Part shown: one piece after another, positions 40,029 through 49,978 of the stretch
How positions within the stretch are numbered: the stretch's first letter is position 1
Layout of the letters: each line of letters starts with the position of its first letter
Assembly (NCBI GenBank): GCA_963701965.1
Contig: OY969695.1
Coordinates: forward strand, 1,152,001-1,216,000
DNA: 64,000 nucleotides
Direction: 5' to 3'
From: an uncultured Gemmatimonadales bacterium
GTDB taxonomy: Bacteria > Gemmatimonadota > Gemmatimonadetes > Gemmatimonadales > Gemmatimonadaceae
The notes under the pieces: model-generated
Told to the model about the DNA's origin: nothing
The model's input: the letters and a program-made list of their open reading frames with translations, nothing else
Database searches by the model: none
Translations under genes and position numbers: made by a program

Positions 40029-40934
40029 ATGGCTCGACTCATCCGCGTGATTCTCGCTCTCGTCGCCGTGCTTCTCGTCGCGGCGGTCGGCGTGTTCGTC
40101 GCCAGCAACCATCGCATCGCGGCTCGGCATGCCCTCCCAACACACGCGCCGTTCGCCGCCAGCGGCTCGCCCGATTCCGCGACACTGGCCCGTGGCGAGC
40201 ATTTCGCCACCGCGATCGGCAAGTGCGAAGGCTGCCACGGCGCGGACCTCGGCGGGCAGGTATTTATCGATGGCCCGGCGGTGTTCGGCCATTTCGTCGG
40301 CCCCAACATCACCCGCGACGCCCGTGGCGTCGGTTCCGGCTTCACCGACGCCGACTACGAGCTCGCCATCCGCCATGGCCTCGCGCCCAACGGCCGCGCC
40401 CTCGTCTTCATGCCGTCCGACAACTTCTCTCGACTGGACGACGCCGACCTGAGCGCGCTGGTCTTCTTCCTTGAGCACGTGGCGCCGGTCCACCGCACCC
40501 TATCGCCAACGCGCTTCGGCCCCGTCGCCCGCACGCTCCTCGTCGCCGGCAAACTCCCGATCTTCGCCGCCGCCCGGATCGACCAGAACGCTCCGCATCC
40601 CCCCGCCCCACCGGTCGGCGCGACAGCCGCTTACGGCGCCTACATGGTGGTCGTCGCCGGATGCACCGGCTGCCACGGCGCCGGCCTTGGCGGCGGCCAC
40701 GTGCCCGGTACCCCCGCATCCTTTAAGGCGGCCTCCAATCTCACCCCAGCGGGAATCGGCCAGTGGACTGAGGCCGACTTCTTCCGCTCGCTCCGCCAGG
40801 GCGTCGACCCCTCGGGTGTTGCCCTCGACCCGTTCATGCCCGTACCCGAAACACGGCTCATGACGGATACGGAAATCCATGCGCTCTGGGCGTACCTGCG
40901 CACCGTCCCGCCGCGACCATTCGGGTCGCACTAG
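40029..40934 (+). CDS. Membrane-anchored di-heme c-type cytochrome
   Basis: CEGCH and CTGCH, PNIT/SNLT and MP motifs; GAGG RBS. Confidence 0.9.
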   Translation: MARLIRVILALVAVLLVAAVGVFVASNHRIAARHALPTHAPFAASGSPDSATLARGEHFATAIGKCEGCHGADLGGQVFIDGPAVFGHFVGPNITRDARGVGSGFTDADYELAIRHGLAPNGRALVFMPSDNFSRLDDADLSALVFFLEHVAPVHRTLSPTRFGPVARTLLVAGKLPIFAAARIDQNAPHPPAPPVGATAAYGAYMVVVAGCTGCHGAGLGGGHVPGTPASFKAASNLTPAGIGQWTEADFFRSLRQGVDPSGVALDPFMPVPETRLMTDTEIHALWAYLRTVPPRPFGSH

Positions 40935-40972
40935 TTCGGGGTGCCTCGGGGTTGGAACCATGGCGCCTCGCC

Positions 40973-42211
40973 TTAGCGTTTCCGTCTCTTGGAACGCGCC
41001 TTCGCAGCCTTCTTAGTCGCGGATTTTATTGCGGGCGGTATCCAGTCGGGCATCGACCGACGCATGAACGCATCAAACATCGGCACCGTGAACGCAGTAT
41101 CTCCGTGTTGCGGGCTGTAGATCATACCCTTCTTGATCAATCCATCGCGTAGCGGCCCAGCAGCGGTAACCCGTATCGCGAGCATCTTTGCGATCGTGCC
41201 GGACCGGTGCGAGCCCGGTCCCAGCTCCGCCATGGCTCGCACGTAGTCCTTCTCGCGTGGCGTCAGTCGGTCGAGTCGCACGCGGAAGAACCCGCGGTCC
41301 AAGTCGGCGAGGGCGGTGACCGTTGCCTTCCTTGCATCTTCGGGCGTTATAGGCGACGCGGGGGCCGCATTCCAGGCGTGGGAGCCCCATTCCTGGAGGA
41401 AATACGGATAGCCTCTCGCCTTTTCTACGATGAGAGCTAGCGCGTCGTTCGTTATCGCCGCGCCCTCCTGATGCACGGGCTCGCGAATGGCGGTTATTGC
41501 CGCCTCGGCCGGCAGTGGCCCGACATCCGGATAATCGAATAACCGCTCGGCGTATGACTTCGCCTCGCCAGCCAGCGCGGCTAACTGCGGCAAACCGGCG
41601 CCGAATAGGATGAACGGCAAGCCCCGCTGCTCAATCTTGTGCACCGCGACGATCAGGGCGCTCAGATCTTCTTGAGACAGGTACTGCACCTCGTCGACGA
41701 ACAGCGCGATCGCTGTGTCCGCCTGTTGTGCGGCCTCCGCAACGGCCAGGAGCAATTCCGGCAGATCGGACTCGAGACTGCCGGAATCGGCCGTTCCGGT
41801 TTCCGGTGCACCCCCGAATTCCACCTCCCCCACAGACACCTTGAACGCGCTCGCGAACGCCCGGAGAATGCCCAGCGCGCGCCTGGCTCGGTCCTTCTGC
41901 GCCTGACCACGGCTGAGCCTGAAAAGGATGGCGCGAAGAGGGGGGACGAGCATCTCGGCGAGTCGCCTATTCTCTGGCGCCTCCAAGACAACCGTCAGAT
42001 ACCCTTCTTCCTGCGCGAGTTTGGCCATTCGATTGATGAGAACGGTTTTTCCAACGCCCCGCAGCCCCAGCAGCAGTTGTCCCCGCGCGGGACGGCCGTG
42101 CTTGAGACGGGCGAGCGCAATTCGAGCTGCGCTCAGGATCTGTTCACGCCCAGCAAGCTCCGGTGGCTGTGTGCCAGCCCCAGGGGCGAACGGGTTACGA
42201 GTGGGATCCAC
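40973..42211 (-). CDS. Standalone P-loop ATPase (AAA_16-like) with C-terminal winged helix
   Basis: NPFAPGAG.PPELAGR, GLRGVGKT, FVDEVQ, GYPYFLQEWG. Confidence 0.88.
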   Translation of the reverse strand: MDPTRNPFAPGAGTQPPELAGREQILSAARIALARLKHGRPARGQLLLGLRGVGKTVLINRMAKLAQEEGYLTVVLEAPENRRLAEMLVPPLRAILFRLSRGQAQKDRARRALGILRAFASAFKVSVGEVEFGGAPETGTADSGSLESDLPELLLAVAEAAQQADTAIALFVDEVQYLSQEDLSALIVAVHKIEQRGLPFILFGAGLPQLAALAGEAKSYAERLFDYPDVGPLPAEAAITAIREPVHQEGAAITNDALALIVEKARGYPYFLQEWGSHAWNAAPASPITPEDARKATVTALADLDRGFFRVRLDRLTPREKDYVRAMAELGPGSHRSGTIAKMLAIRVTAAGPLRDGLIKKGMIYSPQHGDTAFTVPMFDAFMRRSMPDWIPPAIKSATKKAAKARSKRRKR

Positions 42212-42513
42212 GCGATTTTAAGCGATTTATCGGTTTATAGTGATATTACGACATCCGACGATAATACTCCTAAACTGCCTATAGCGCTAGATCCGTGGCG
42301 GCCCAGCACGATTCTTGGAACCGAGCAGTAATTCCTCGTGCACCCGAGCTGGCACAGCGTGTGTGGCTTGCGTGACTGTTTGCATAAAGGCGCGGCAATC
42401 GACACACGCTATGCACTGCTCGACCCGCGCGGGGGAGCCCCACGCTCAACGGCGGCGCGCCCAGTGCTTGAGCGCACTAGCGCAGGCTAACACACTGCGC
42501 GACGTTCATTACA

Positions 42514-42557
42514 AGAGCGGGCGACCGGACTCGAACCGGCGACGTCCAGCTTGGGAA
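42514..42557 (-). repeat. att copy B: 3' half of tRNA-Gly(CCC)
   Basis: 44-nt identity to 49867-49910. Confidence 0.92.
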
Positions 42558-42897
42558 AAGGGATCAGGCTGGCATTCTCCCGCCAACCGCGCCAAAAAAT
42601 TACTCACATTGGCGCGCAACAGTAATATTGCGCCAACGGATGGCGCAAGCGGCGCGAACTGAAAGCGCCGCAAGGCGCAAATGACGCCAGCAACAAACGA
42701 CGACAGTATTGTGCAGCGTCCCGACACGCCCATCGCGCCATTCCGGCACATCGGCCGCGCCGCCGGCGACGTTCATCCTTCCGACCGCCCGACAGATACG
42801 ACGGTAATGCGAACTCCGCGCCATGGCGACGACGCTCCATCGTGCGCGCAGCATAGCTGGGTACGCTCGGACTGTGACAGCCAAACGCTGTTGTAGG

Positions 42898-43294
42898 CTA
42901 GGCGTTCTCCACTGATTGCGACTCCACGCGTCCATACCAGTGGATAAGCTGCAAGCGGCACTCACTGATCTCGCGCGCCACCTGTATGATATCCTGCATC
43001 GCGTCGCGAAACGTCTCCGGCGTCGCTATTTCCTGGTCAAACTTCGGCGCATCCGAAGTTTCGACACCCCGCCAGGTCACATACGAGCGCATGATTGCCA
43101 TTAACTCGCCGCCGGCTTCGAGATGAACGTATCCAGAGTGGAGAAAGCGATTGCGCTGACGCCTTACAATGCCACACTTCTCCAACGCGTCGCTCACAGA
43201 ACGCTTGAAATCAATCGCTAGATGGGGTGGGGCCCAAGCATCGACAAAAATAGGGACGGCTTGCTCTGCACTCCGCACAAGTTCCGCGAAGGAG
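42898..43294 (-). pseudogene. 3' part of a HEPN-like (RxxxxH) gene interrupted by IS21
   Basis: RQRNRFLHS motif; reading frame continues across the target duplication into 45797-45861. Confidence 0.5.
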
Positions 43295-43378
43295 CCTCGG
43301 TGGACACTTCATAACCGGCCACTGATGGACAGCTGATAACCGGCCACCACGGTGAGGCGTCCGAGACTGGTGAGTGGG

Positions 43379-44146
43379 CTAGCGCAGCCCGGTCGCGTCG
43401 GTGGACAAGCTGTCACCCTGGACCTTGGTGCGCCAGCTGCGGGGCCCGCACTTGAGGATGTGGGCGTGATGGAGGAGCCGATCGAGGAGCGCGGTGACCG
43501 CCGCGGTGTCACCGAGCAGCTTGCCCCAGTCCTCGACCGGGCGATTGGAGGTGAGCAGCGTAGACGCCCGTTCGTAGCGGCGCATGATGAGTTCCAGGAG
43601 ATCCTCGGCCGCCGTGTGGGGAAGCTTGCGCATGCCGAGATCGTCGATGATGAGGAGCGGCACGGTGGCGAGGTCGGCGAGGTACGCTTTGCGCGTGCCG
43701 TCGAGCGTGGCGTCGGCGAGTTCTTCGAGCAGCGTGTGCGCTTCGCGATAGAGCACGCGGTAGCCTTGGTGGATGACGGCGCGGCCGATGGCTTGGGCCA
43801 GATGGCTCTTGCCGGATCCGGGCGGCCCGGCGAACAGGGCGTCCTCCCGCTGGGCGACGAAGCGGGCGGTGGCGAGGTCGTAGACGAGGGCGCGGTTCAT
43901 CTTCTTGTTGAAGTCGAAGTCGAAGGTGTCGAGCGTGCGATCCGGATCGCGGAAGCGGGCGTGCTTGTGCCGGCGCTCGAGGAGGCGATCCTGGCGGCGG
44001 AGGAGTTCGTCGCTGACCAAGGCCGAGAGCAGGTCGATGGGCGCGAGGCGTTCGGTCTGGGCTTGGTGCAGCCGGGGCTCGAGAACCGCAGCCATGCCGG
44101 AGAGGCGGAGTTGGCGGAGCGCGTGATCGAGTTCAACGAGGTTCAT
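43379..44146 (-). CDS. istB: IS21 helper ATPase IstB
   Basis: GPPGSGKSHLA, LLIIDDLG, TSNRP..W, LDRLLHH. Confidence 0.96.
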   Translation of the reverse strand: MNLVELDHALRQLRLSGMAAVLEPRLHQAQTERLAPIDLLSALVSDELLRRQDRLLERRHKHARFRDPDRTLDTFDFDFNKKMNRALVYDLATARFVAQREDALFAGPPGSGKSHLAQAIGRAVIHQGYRVLYREAHTLLEELADATLDGTRKAYLADLATVPLLIIDDLGMRKLPHTAAEDLLELIMRRYERASTLLTSNRPVEDWGKLLGDTAAVTALLDRLLHHAHILKCGPRSWRTKVQGDSLSTDATGLR

Positions 44147-45684
44147 GGGGGATCTCCGAGCGTGCGATCGATGAGGTCGCGGTAGAGGGTGAGTTGCCGG
44201 ATGAGGGGATCGACTTGGCGGAGCGTGAGGGGGACGGGGACGCGGTGCTCGAGGTAGCGGCGGAGGAAGCGATAGGTGGGCACGCCCAGCTCGAGGGCGG
44301 CGTGCGCGGCCGCGTCAACGACGGCCGGGCCGTAGCGCTTGGCGAGGGCGAGGACGCCGAGGATGCGGCGAACGGCGAGCACGCCGTCCTGGCGGTGGAT
44401 CGTGTCGCAGAGCGTGCCGATGTGCGGGCCGGCGCGCTGGGTCCGCGCGAGCAGGGCGACGGTCGTCAGCGGCGTCCGGGCGGGCCGATCGGTGTCGTGC
44501 ACCCGATGCCGGCCGCGGGCCGTCCGCCGATGCTCCCGGAGGAGTTGCCCCGTGTCGGGGGCGAGGAGGCGCACCCAGAGATCGTTCCACTGGACCTGCA
44601 CGCGCTGGCCGATCCAGCCGGGTGGAGCACTGTAGTACGCCGCCTCGACTTCGACGCACCCATTGAGATGCACGGTACGGGTGCCGTAGCGGTAGTAGCG
44701 GAAGGGTTCGAGCGGGAGCGGCCCGAGCGTGGGCTGTTCCTCGGCGAACATCGCCGCGACCTGCCGCTTGGTCGTGCCGTGGATGCGCGTATCGGCCCAG
44801 CGCGTCTCCCACTGATCGAGATACGTCTGCGCGGCCTCCAGTGACTCGAAGCGGAGGCCCTTGAGCGGCGTCCGCTGCGTGTGGCCAACCCCCGATTCGA
44901 CTTTGCCCTTGCGATCCGGATCCCGCACGCGACACGGCAAGGCCACGACGTGGTAGTGGGCCAAGACGTCGCGATAGAGTGGATTGAGCGTCGGGTCGTA
45001 GACGTCGGGCGTGAGGACGCCTTCGCGCAGGTTGTCGAGCACGATGACGCGCACCGTGCCGCCCAGCCGGCGGAAGGCGCGCTCATGCAGCTCGGCCCAG
45101 ATCTGGGTGCTCGATCGCCAGACGAGGAGCCGGACCGACTTCCGCGAGTAGCCGAGCGTCAGGACGAAGAGCCGGACGCGCCGGTACTTCCCCGTGGCGG
45201 GGTCGCGCACCATCGGCCCCTCGCCGTAATCGACCTGCGCCTCGTCGCCCGGGGCGGTCGTGATCACCACGCGCGCCTCGACGGCCGCCGGATCGTGGAG
45301 CGTCCGGATGAACCGGCGGACACTCGCGTAGCGGGCCGCGAAGCCGTGCGTGTCGACCAGGTCTTGCCAGATCGCCATGGCGTTGCGGCCCTGCGCCACC
45401 CCGGCCACGATCTGCTCGCGGTACGGCTCGCACGCACTCGCCCGCCGCGACGCGGTCGGCGCCGTCGAGTCGGTGGACACCACCGGTGTGGTGGCCGGAT
45501 TTGCCGGCGGCCACGCGCGCGGCCGGCCGCCGCGCCCCCGCACCGGAATGCCCGCCGCCTTGAGATACGCGCTCGCCGTCTCCCGGCGCACGCCGGTCGC
45601 CTGTTCGATCCGCCGGAGCGACCACCCGAGTCGCCCCAACGCCACGATCTGCTGTTGGATGTCCGCCTTCAAGACGTTGCTCAT
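44143..45684 (-). CDS. istA: IS21 DDE transposase IstA
   Basis: N-terminal HTH, AQVDYG, LDN, KGKVE, RIHGTT; ATGA overlap with istB. Confidence 0.96.
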   Translation of the reverse strand: MSNVLKADIQQQIVALGRLGWSLRRIEQATGVRRETASAYLKAAGIPVRGRGGRPRAWPPANPATTPVVSTDSTAPTASRRASACEPYREQIVAGVAQGRNAMAIWQDLVDTHGFAARYASVRRFIRTLHDPAAVEARVVITTAPGDEAQVDYGEGPMVRDPATGKYRRVRLFVLTLGYSRKSVRLLVWRSSTQIWAELHERAFRRLGGTVRVIVLDNLREGVLTPDVYDPTLNPLYRDVLAHYHVVALPCRVRDPDRKGKVESGVGHTQRTPLKGLRFESLEAAQTYLDQWETRWADTRIHGTTKRQVAAMFAEEQPTLGPLPLEPFRYYRYGTRTVHLNGCVEVEAAYYSAPPGWIGQRVQVQWNDLWVRLLAPDTGQLLREHRRTARGRHRVHDTDRPARTPLTTVALLARTQRAGPHIGTLCDTIHRQDGVLAVRRILGVLALAKRYGPAVVDAAAHAALELGVPTYRFLRRYLEHRVPVPLTLRQVDPLIRQLTLYRDLIDRTLGDPP

Positions 45685-45837
45685 GCCGGCGGAGGGACAA
45701 TGCCCGCCGCCTCGGCGTCAACGCCTCGGACGTCCCCCCGGCTGGTGGCCGGTTTTCAGCCGTCGATCAGTGGCCGGTTTTGACTGTCCACCGAGGAAGG
45801 AGAGATCAAGCTCGACAAAGGAGATGCCAAGCTCGCT

Positions 45838-46537
45838 TTGAGCCTGATGCACTTCATAGAGCTATCTGCGCCCGGATTCCTGGGAGCAGCAGAGGTCACC
45901 GATTTCCTTGCCCAGCACCGACTGGCGTTAGCACTCTCGTTGCCACGACTAACGGATCTCGAGATCGACAACGCAATCCGGATAGGGAACGGTGAACGCA
46001 CGGTGCCTGTCGATGCGTTCGTCGATCGGCTGGCGGACTGGGATCCCGACGCGCCTGACATCGGCGATGGCTGCCGCTGGCTTCTTGAGAACTTCTCGGC
46101 CAATCCACAGTTCCGAGATTCGTACATGAGCGGTATGGCACCGTGGGTTGCCACGGCAAAACGCCACCAAGGCGCGGGCACTTGTATTGAACGATCCACT
46201 TACGGGAATGCGAGCTCGTTTAGGGGAGGAAAGGGGATTGAGCGATGCGGCAGCTGCGACTGTGATCGCACGTGCCGGTGGCCTTGACGCGTTCCCTGCT
46301 TTCTATATCAACCAGGCGTTGAGGGTATGGTCGCTCTCGCAGAATAACGCGAAGTGGCGAGTAAACGATGAGATTAATGCATGGCACGCAATGTACACCC
46401 CGTACGCCGCCACAATCGTTTTGGACGGACCTACCGTCCAGCACTTGCGCGATCGTAAGGTTCTTTGGGCCTCGCGTATCGCGCGCGAACTTACCGAGGT
46501 CCCCTTGATCCTTCGGCGTGAGACTGGAGATGGGTAA
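45838..46537 (+). pseudogene. Fragmented low-GC hypothetical gene (possibly PIN-like C-terminus)
   Basis: Overlapping ORFs 45838-46287 and 46148-46537; NDEINAWHAMYTPYAATIVLD. Confidence 0.35.
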
Positions 46538-46803
46538 TCCACGGCTCGCGCGCTCGGATCACTACTGGTCGTGGCGTTGGCGAATTAGCGCCCGCCCTTC
46601 TTTACGAACTCCATGTCATGAATGTGCCGGTTCTTGTCACTCGTGGGCTCTTCGCTGAAGCCTCTAGCGACACTAGACTGTCTGTCGTCGGATAGCGTTT
46701 CACGCATTCGCAGCACGTAGCAATGCCAGATCTACGATCAGATTTACAATAAGATGTGCTATCAGGAGGCCCCATGTTTGAGCGCCAGCAGCTTCTTGAG
46801 TAG

Positions 46804-47255
46804 ATGGGTCCCGCTACAACTCGCCGAGTCACGGAACGACTGCGGCGTTTCGCCTTCCTGCCGGACAGTCAAATCGAACGCTTGGCCAGGGAGGCATTGA
46901 ATGAGGAATGGGGTAACGACTTGTTTGTGCTTGAGAAGTACTTGGCGGTTCACGTTGGATGGATTATCGATCAAGGGCGGTACACCTGCAGTGAGGGACA
47001 GCTTTACCTCAGTGCGGGGCACCTTCAAACGCGATACGGCACGCCACTCTATCTGGTCTTCCAGCTGAATGACGTCGTGGGCAAGCAACCTTGGGTTCCC
47101 GTAGCTGCCGGTTCCAATATTTCTGCAGGTGAGCTTCCTCAACCATGCGCCATCCCGCCCCGCGCCCGGTGTGAACCGAGGAGCAGAAATCGTAATGAGC
47201 CACGACCACATCCTCGGCGAAAACGCGGATCGAGTCAACTTCCCGCGAATGCTAG
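46804..47255 (+). pseudogene. Truncated DUF3825-like gene
   Basis: FAFLP...LAREALNEEW...LEKYL...GHLQT..GTPLYLVF, then in another frame IVMSHDHILGENADR. Confidence 0.5.
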
Positions 47256-47608
47256 GGTCGCCGTGAAGAGACACGATCAGCTGCCTCCCTGGATGCTCGA
47301 TTGCTGGCATCACGAGGCCAAGAAGATGCAGCAAGCCAATATTGAGGATCCTGAAGGAGGGTAACAGGTCAACGTGTCACCGATGATGCGCTACACTGTA
47401 GAACGACCACACGATCGGCTGAATCACACGCTGCGGCATCGGCAGATCGCCGAAGCCGACATCGTATCCCTCGTCGATCGTGAGCTCGTGGCGCAGACCC
47501 TGCGGACTGGCTTCGCCCGAGATCGGCCCCCGTGGATCATTTGGTCGCGGGAGGACACGGATCGCAATCACGACTGGCGTCTGCGCGCGCTATCTGGGAG
47601 AGCGCCGC

Positions 47609-47959
47609 TCACCCGAGCACGAGAAATGCCGATTCGGCGTCGGCAGCGAAGACCGCAACTTCAGACCCAAAAGTACGAAGAATCAGCTCAATGTCGCGCG
47701 TCGAACAGTTCCCGCGCCGGAGCCACGCGACCTTCGGCGGCGCCCCGTAGAGGAAGCTCCGCTGGTGGAAGTCAGCGTCTTTCGATGTAATCACGAATCC
47801 GCCGGCACGCGCGTATTCCCACACAGCCTCATCGCCGGCTGATGCAAGACCGACGCGTCGGACGTGCGTGCTGTCGGGATAGACGTCGGCCAGTGACTCG
47901 ACCAGACAATGCGACAGATTTTCGTCGAACAGCAGCCGCGGGTGGTTCGGCGGGGCCAC
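47609..47959 (-). CDS. DUF5615 PIN-like toxin
   Basis: LLFDENLS, THVRRVGL, DEAVWEYA, ITSKDADF, GAPPKVAWLRRGN. Confidence 0.88.
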   Translation of the reverse strand: MAPPNHPRLLFDENLSHCLVESLADVYPDSTHVRRVGLASAGDEAVWEYARAGGFVITSKDADFHQRSFLYGAPPKVAWLRRGNCSTRDIELILRTFGSEVAVFAADAESAFLVLG

Positions 47960-47979
47960 CGTGGACGCGGCGGCTACGA

Positions 47980-48207
47980 CTATGCGGCAGGTACCGAGAC
48001 CATCTTGCGCTCGCGATCGGCAGCAAAGAGCAAGCAAGCTCGGATGTCATCCGCCGTCAAATCCGGGAAGTCGGCCAAAATCTCGGCTTCCGCCATCCCG
48101 GACGCGAGGTATTCGAGGACGTCATAGACGGTGATGCGCAGCCCACGGATGCACGGCTTCCCGCCGCGCTTGCCCGCCTCGACCGTGATGCGCTCCCGGT
48201 AGTCCAT
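47980..48207 (-). CDS. DUF433 antitoxin
   Basis: GKRGGKPCIRGLRITVYDVL...ILADFPDLT..DIRACL. Confidence 0.93.
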   Translation of the reverse strand: MDYRERITVEAGKRGGKPCIRGLRITVYDVLEYLASGMAEAEILADFPDLTADDIRACLLFAADRERKMVSVPAA

Positions 48208-48429
48208 TCCGGAATTTTATCACCTGACAGCTGCCTCAGCAAGTTCGCTGGCACGGCAGCGGGCCTGCGGTACGCAATGCAGAGGCGGGGAGTACGTCCG
48301 GGGTCAAACAACTCTCCGATTTGGGTAGTGCGCGCCGCGCGCTGTGGCCCTGGCCCACTTATCAACACATCATCGCGTCAAACCGCACGGGTCCGAAAGT
48401 ATAGGAGCAGCATTGAGGGGGGAGCAGCC

Positions 48430-49620
48430 ATGCGCACGTCATCGAGATTGACTCGTACGGCCGAGCGGTGGACCTACAGCTACGGCACCAAACCGTTCAG
48501 GGTCTTTGCCTACGAACGCGCGAGCCGCCACGGGCAAGTGTGGGTGCGCTGGACGGATCTCTCACAACCAGTCCGTGGTCAGCCCAGGCACCATCGGATG
48601 GAGTATCGCAACCTCGACATCACGGTCCGCGAGGCCGGAACAGGACGGTTGATCCCAAGCCGAGTGCGCATCGCCCGGCGCGCGGTGCGTCGAATACATG
48701 CGCAGCTCATCACCGGCATACGCGGTGGCGGACAGAGAACGACGGATCGCTGCCTGATGGTGCTCCGTGGATTCGACTTGGCGCTCAACCCAGCAGCTCT
48801 TGCCGGGCAATGTCGCACTGCCAGTGAAAAACTGGCGCCAGCGCTTGCGTGCCGAGTGGACGACCCTCACTGGCATGCGGGAACGGGCCCCCTCCCGACC
48901 GCGACACACGATCGCTGAGCATCGGCGCATTCTCGCCGCCGTTGGCTGCGACCGAGTCGATCCACGCATAAGCCTCGCCGTCGAGCTCGGTGCCGAGTGC
49001 CGCATGGGACAGGTGCTACGCTGCATGCGCACGGCGCTCACCTTGCCAGACCTCGACCCAGCGACCTACGAGTCGGCACCCGCCGGTTCGCTCGGGTCAC
49101 TTGAGGTCCCGGGGACACTCCGGAAACCTGGCGAGACCGTCCTCTTCACGCCGGAACAACGCCGCGCCGTCGACGAATCGCTGCTAGGGTACCTGGCCGA
49201 CTATGAAGCGCGGTGGCAACGCCAGGAGATCAGCGACTACTTCCTCTTTCCTGGACACCATCGGCGCCGTGCCGGCAGTCCGCGCGTGTGGCGAGCCGCT
49301 GCTCACGATCGCGCCCAGCCAATGACGCGGAGCGCGGCGCTGTGCGCCTTCAAGAAGTTGGAAACCTGCGCGGATGTGCCCCACATCAAGGGTCGCGGGT
49401 GGTACGGACTGCGCCGTGTCGCCGCTGACCTCGCGGAAGAAATCCACCGACGATCGCGTGAAGGATCGGCTGGGTGGCTGGCGACGATCCGACACGCGGA
49501 AGTACGTCTATCAGGACCGTCTCTCATTTGCGATCAGAACCCAGGCCGCGCTGGTGCGCCGGCACATGCGCCTGGGCCCCCCCGCGACGGAATGCGTGGA
49601 CTTCGGCTGGGGCGGAAGCG
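48430..49620 (+). pseudogene. Degenerate tyrosine recombinase/integrase
   Basis: Three frames: N-terminal domain; ELGAECRMGQV...FLFPG...GWYGLRR; DRLGGW..SDTRKYVYQD; lies beside the tRNA att site; 3' end approximate. Confidence 0.7.
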
Positions 49621-49743
49621 CCGTTGAAAGCCACCAAGACAGGCTGGACGTGTACGGATCTCAATGCGCTCCTTGCCACGCTATCACCGGAGCAACGAAC
49701 GGTACTCGCAACACGGCTAACCGGTTAAGATCGGGCTACGCCA

Positions 49744-49789
49744 ACCGTGACCACACCCGTCACCGGAACCGTGACCGGAACCGTGACCA
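49744..49789 (+). repeat. Four short direct repeats CCGT(G/C)ACC between the integrase and the att site
   Basis: accgtgacc-acac-ccgtcacc-gga-accgtgacc-gga-accgtgacc. Confidence 0.6.
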
Positions 49790-49868
49790 ACGCACGAACG
49801 CCGACCGCACGTTGGCGATCGGCGTCCAGAACACATTGGGGAACAACGATTTATCGAGCGATACACAG

Positions 49869-49941
<73 letters not shown>

Positions 49942-49978
49942 GACCTACTCGGAATGTACGCCCCCCGCCAGGGCGCGG

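Larger units (their letters stand above)
43295..45796 (-). mobile_element. Complete IS21-family insertion sequence with a 6-bp target duplication AAGGAG
   Basis: ~55-bp imperfect terminal IRs starting CCTCGGTGGACA, each with two AACCGGCCAC repeats; AAGGAG at 43289-43294 and 45797-45802. Confidence 0.95.

Noticed and set aside
39712..42557. Two extra functional tRNA-Gly genes
   Set aside because: They lack the 5' acceptor strand and an intact D-arm; better explained as att sites
47374..47790. Plus-strand ORF in the island
   Set aside because: No recognisable motif and its 3' part overlaps the DUF5615 toxin on the opposite strand
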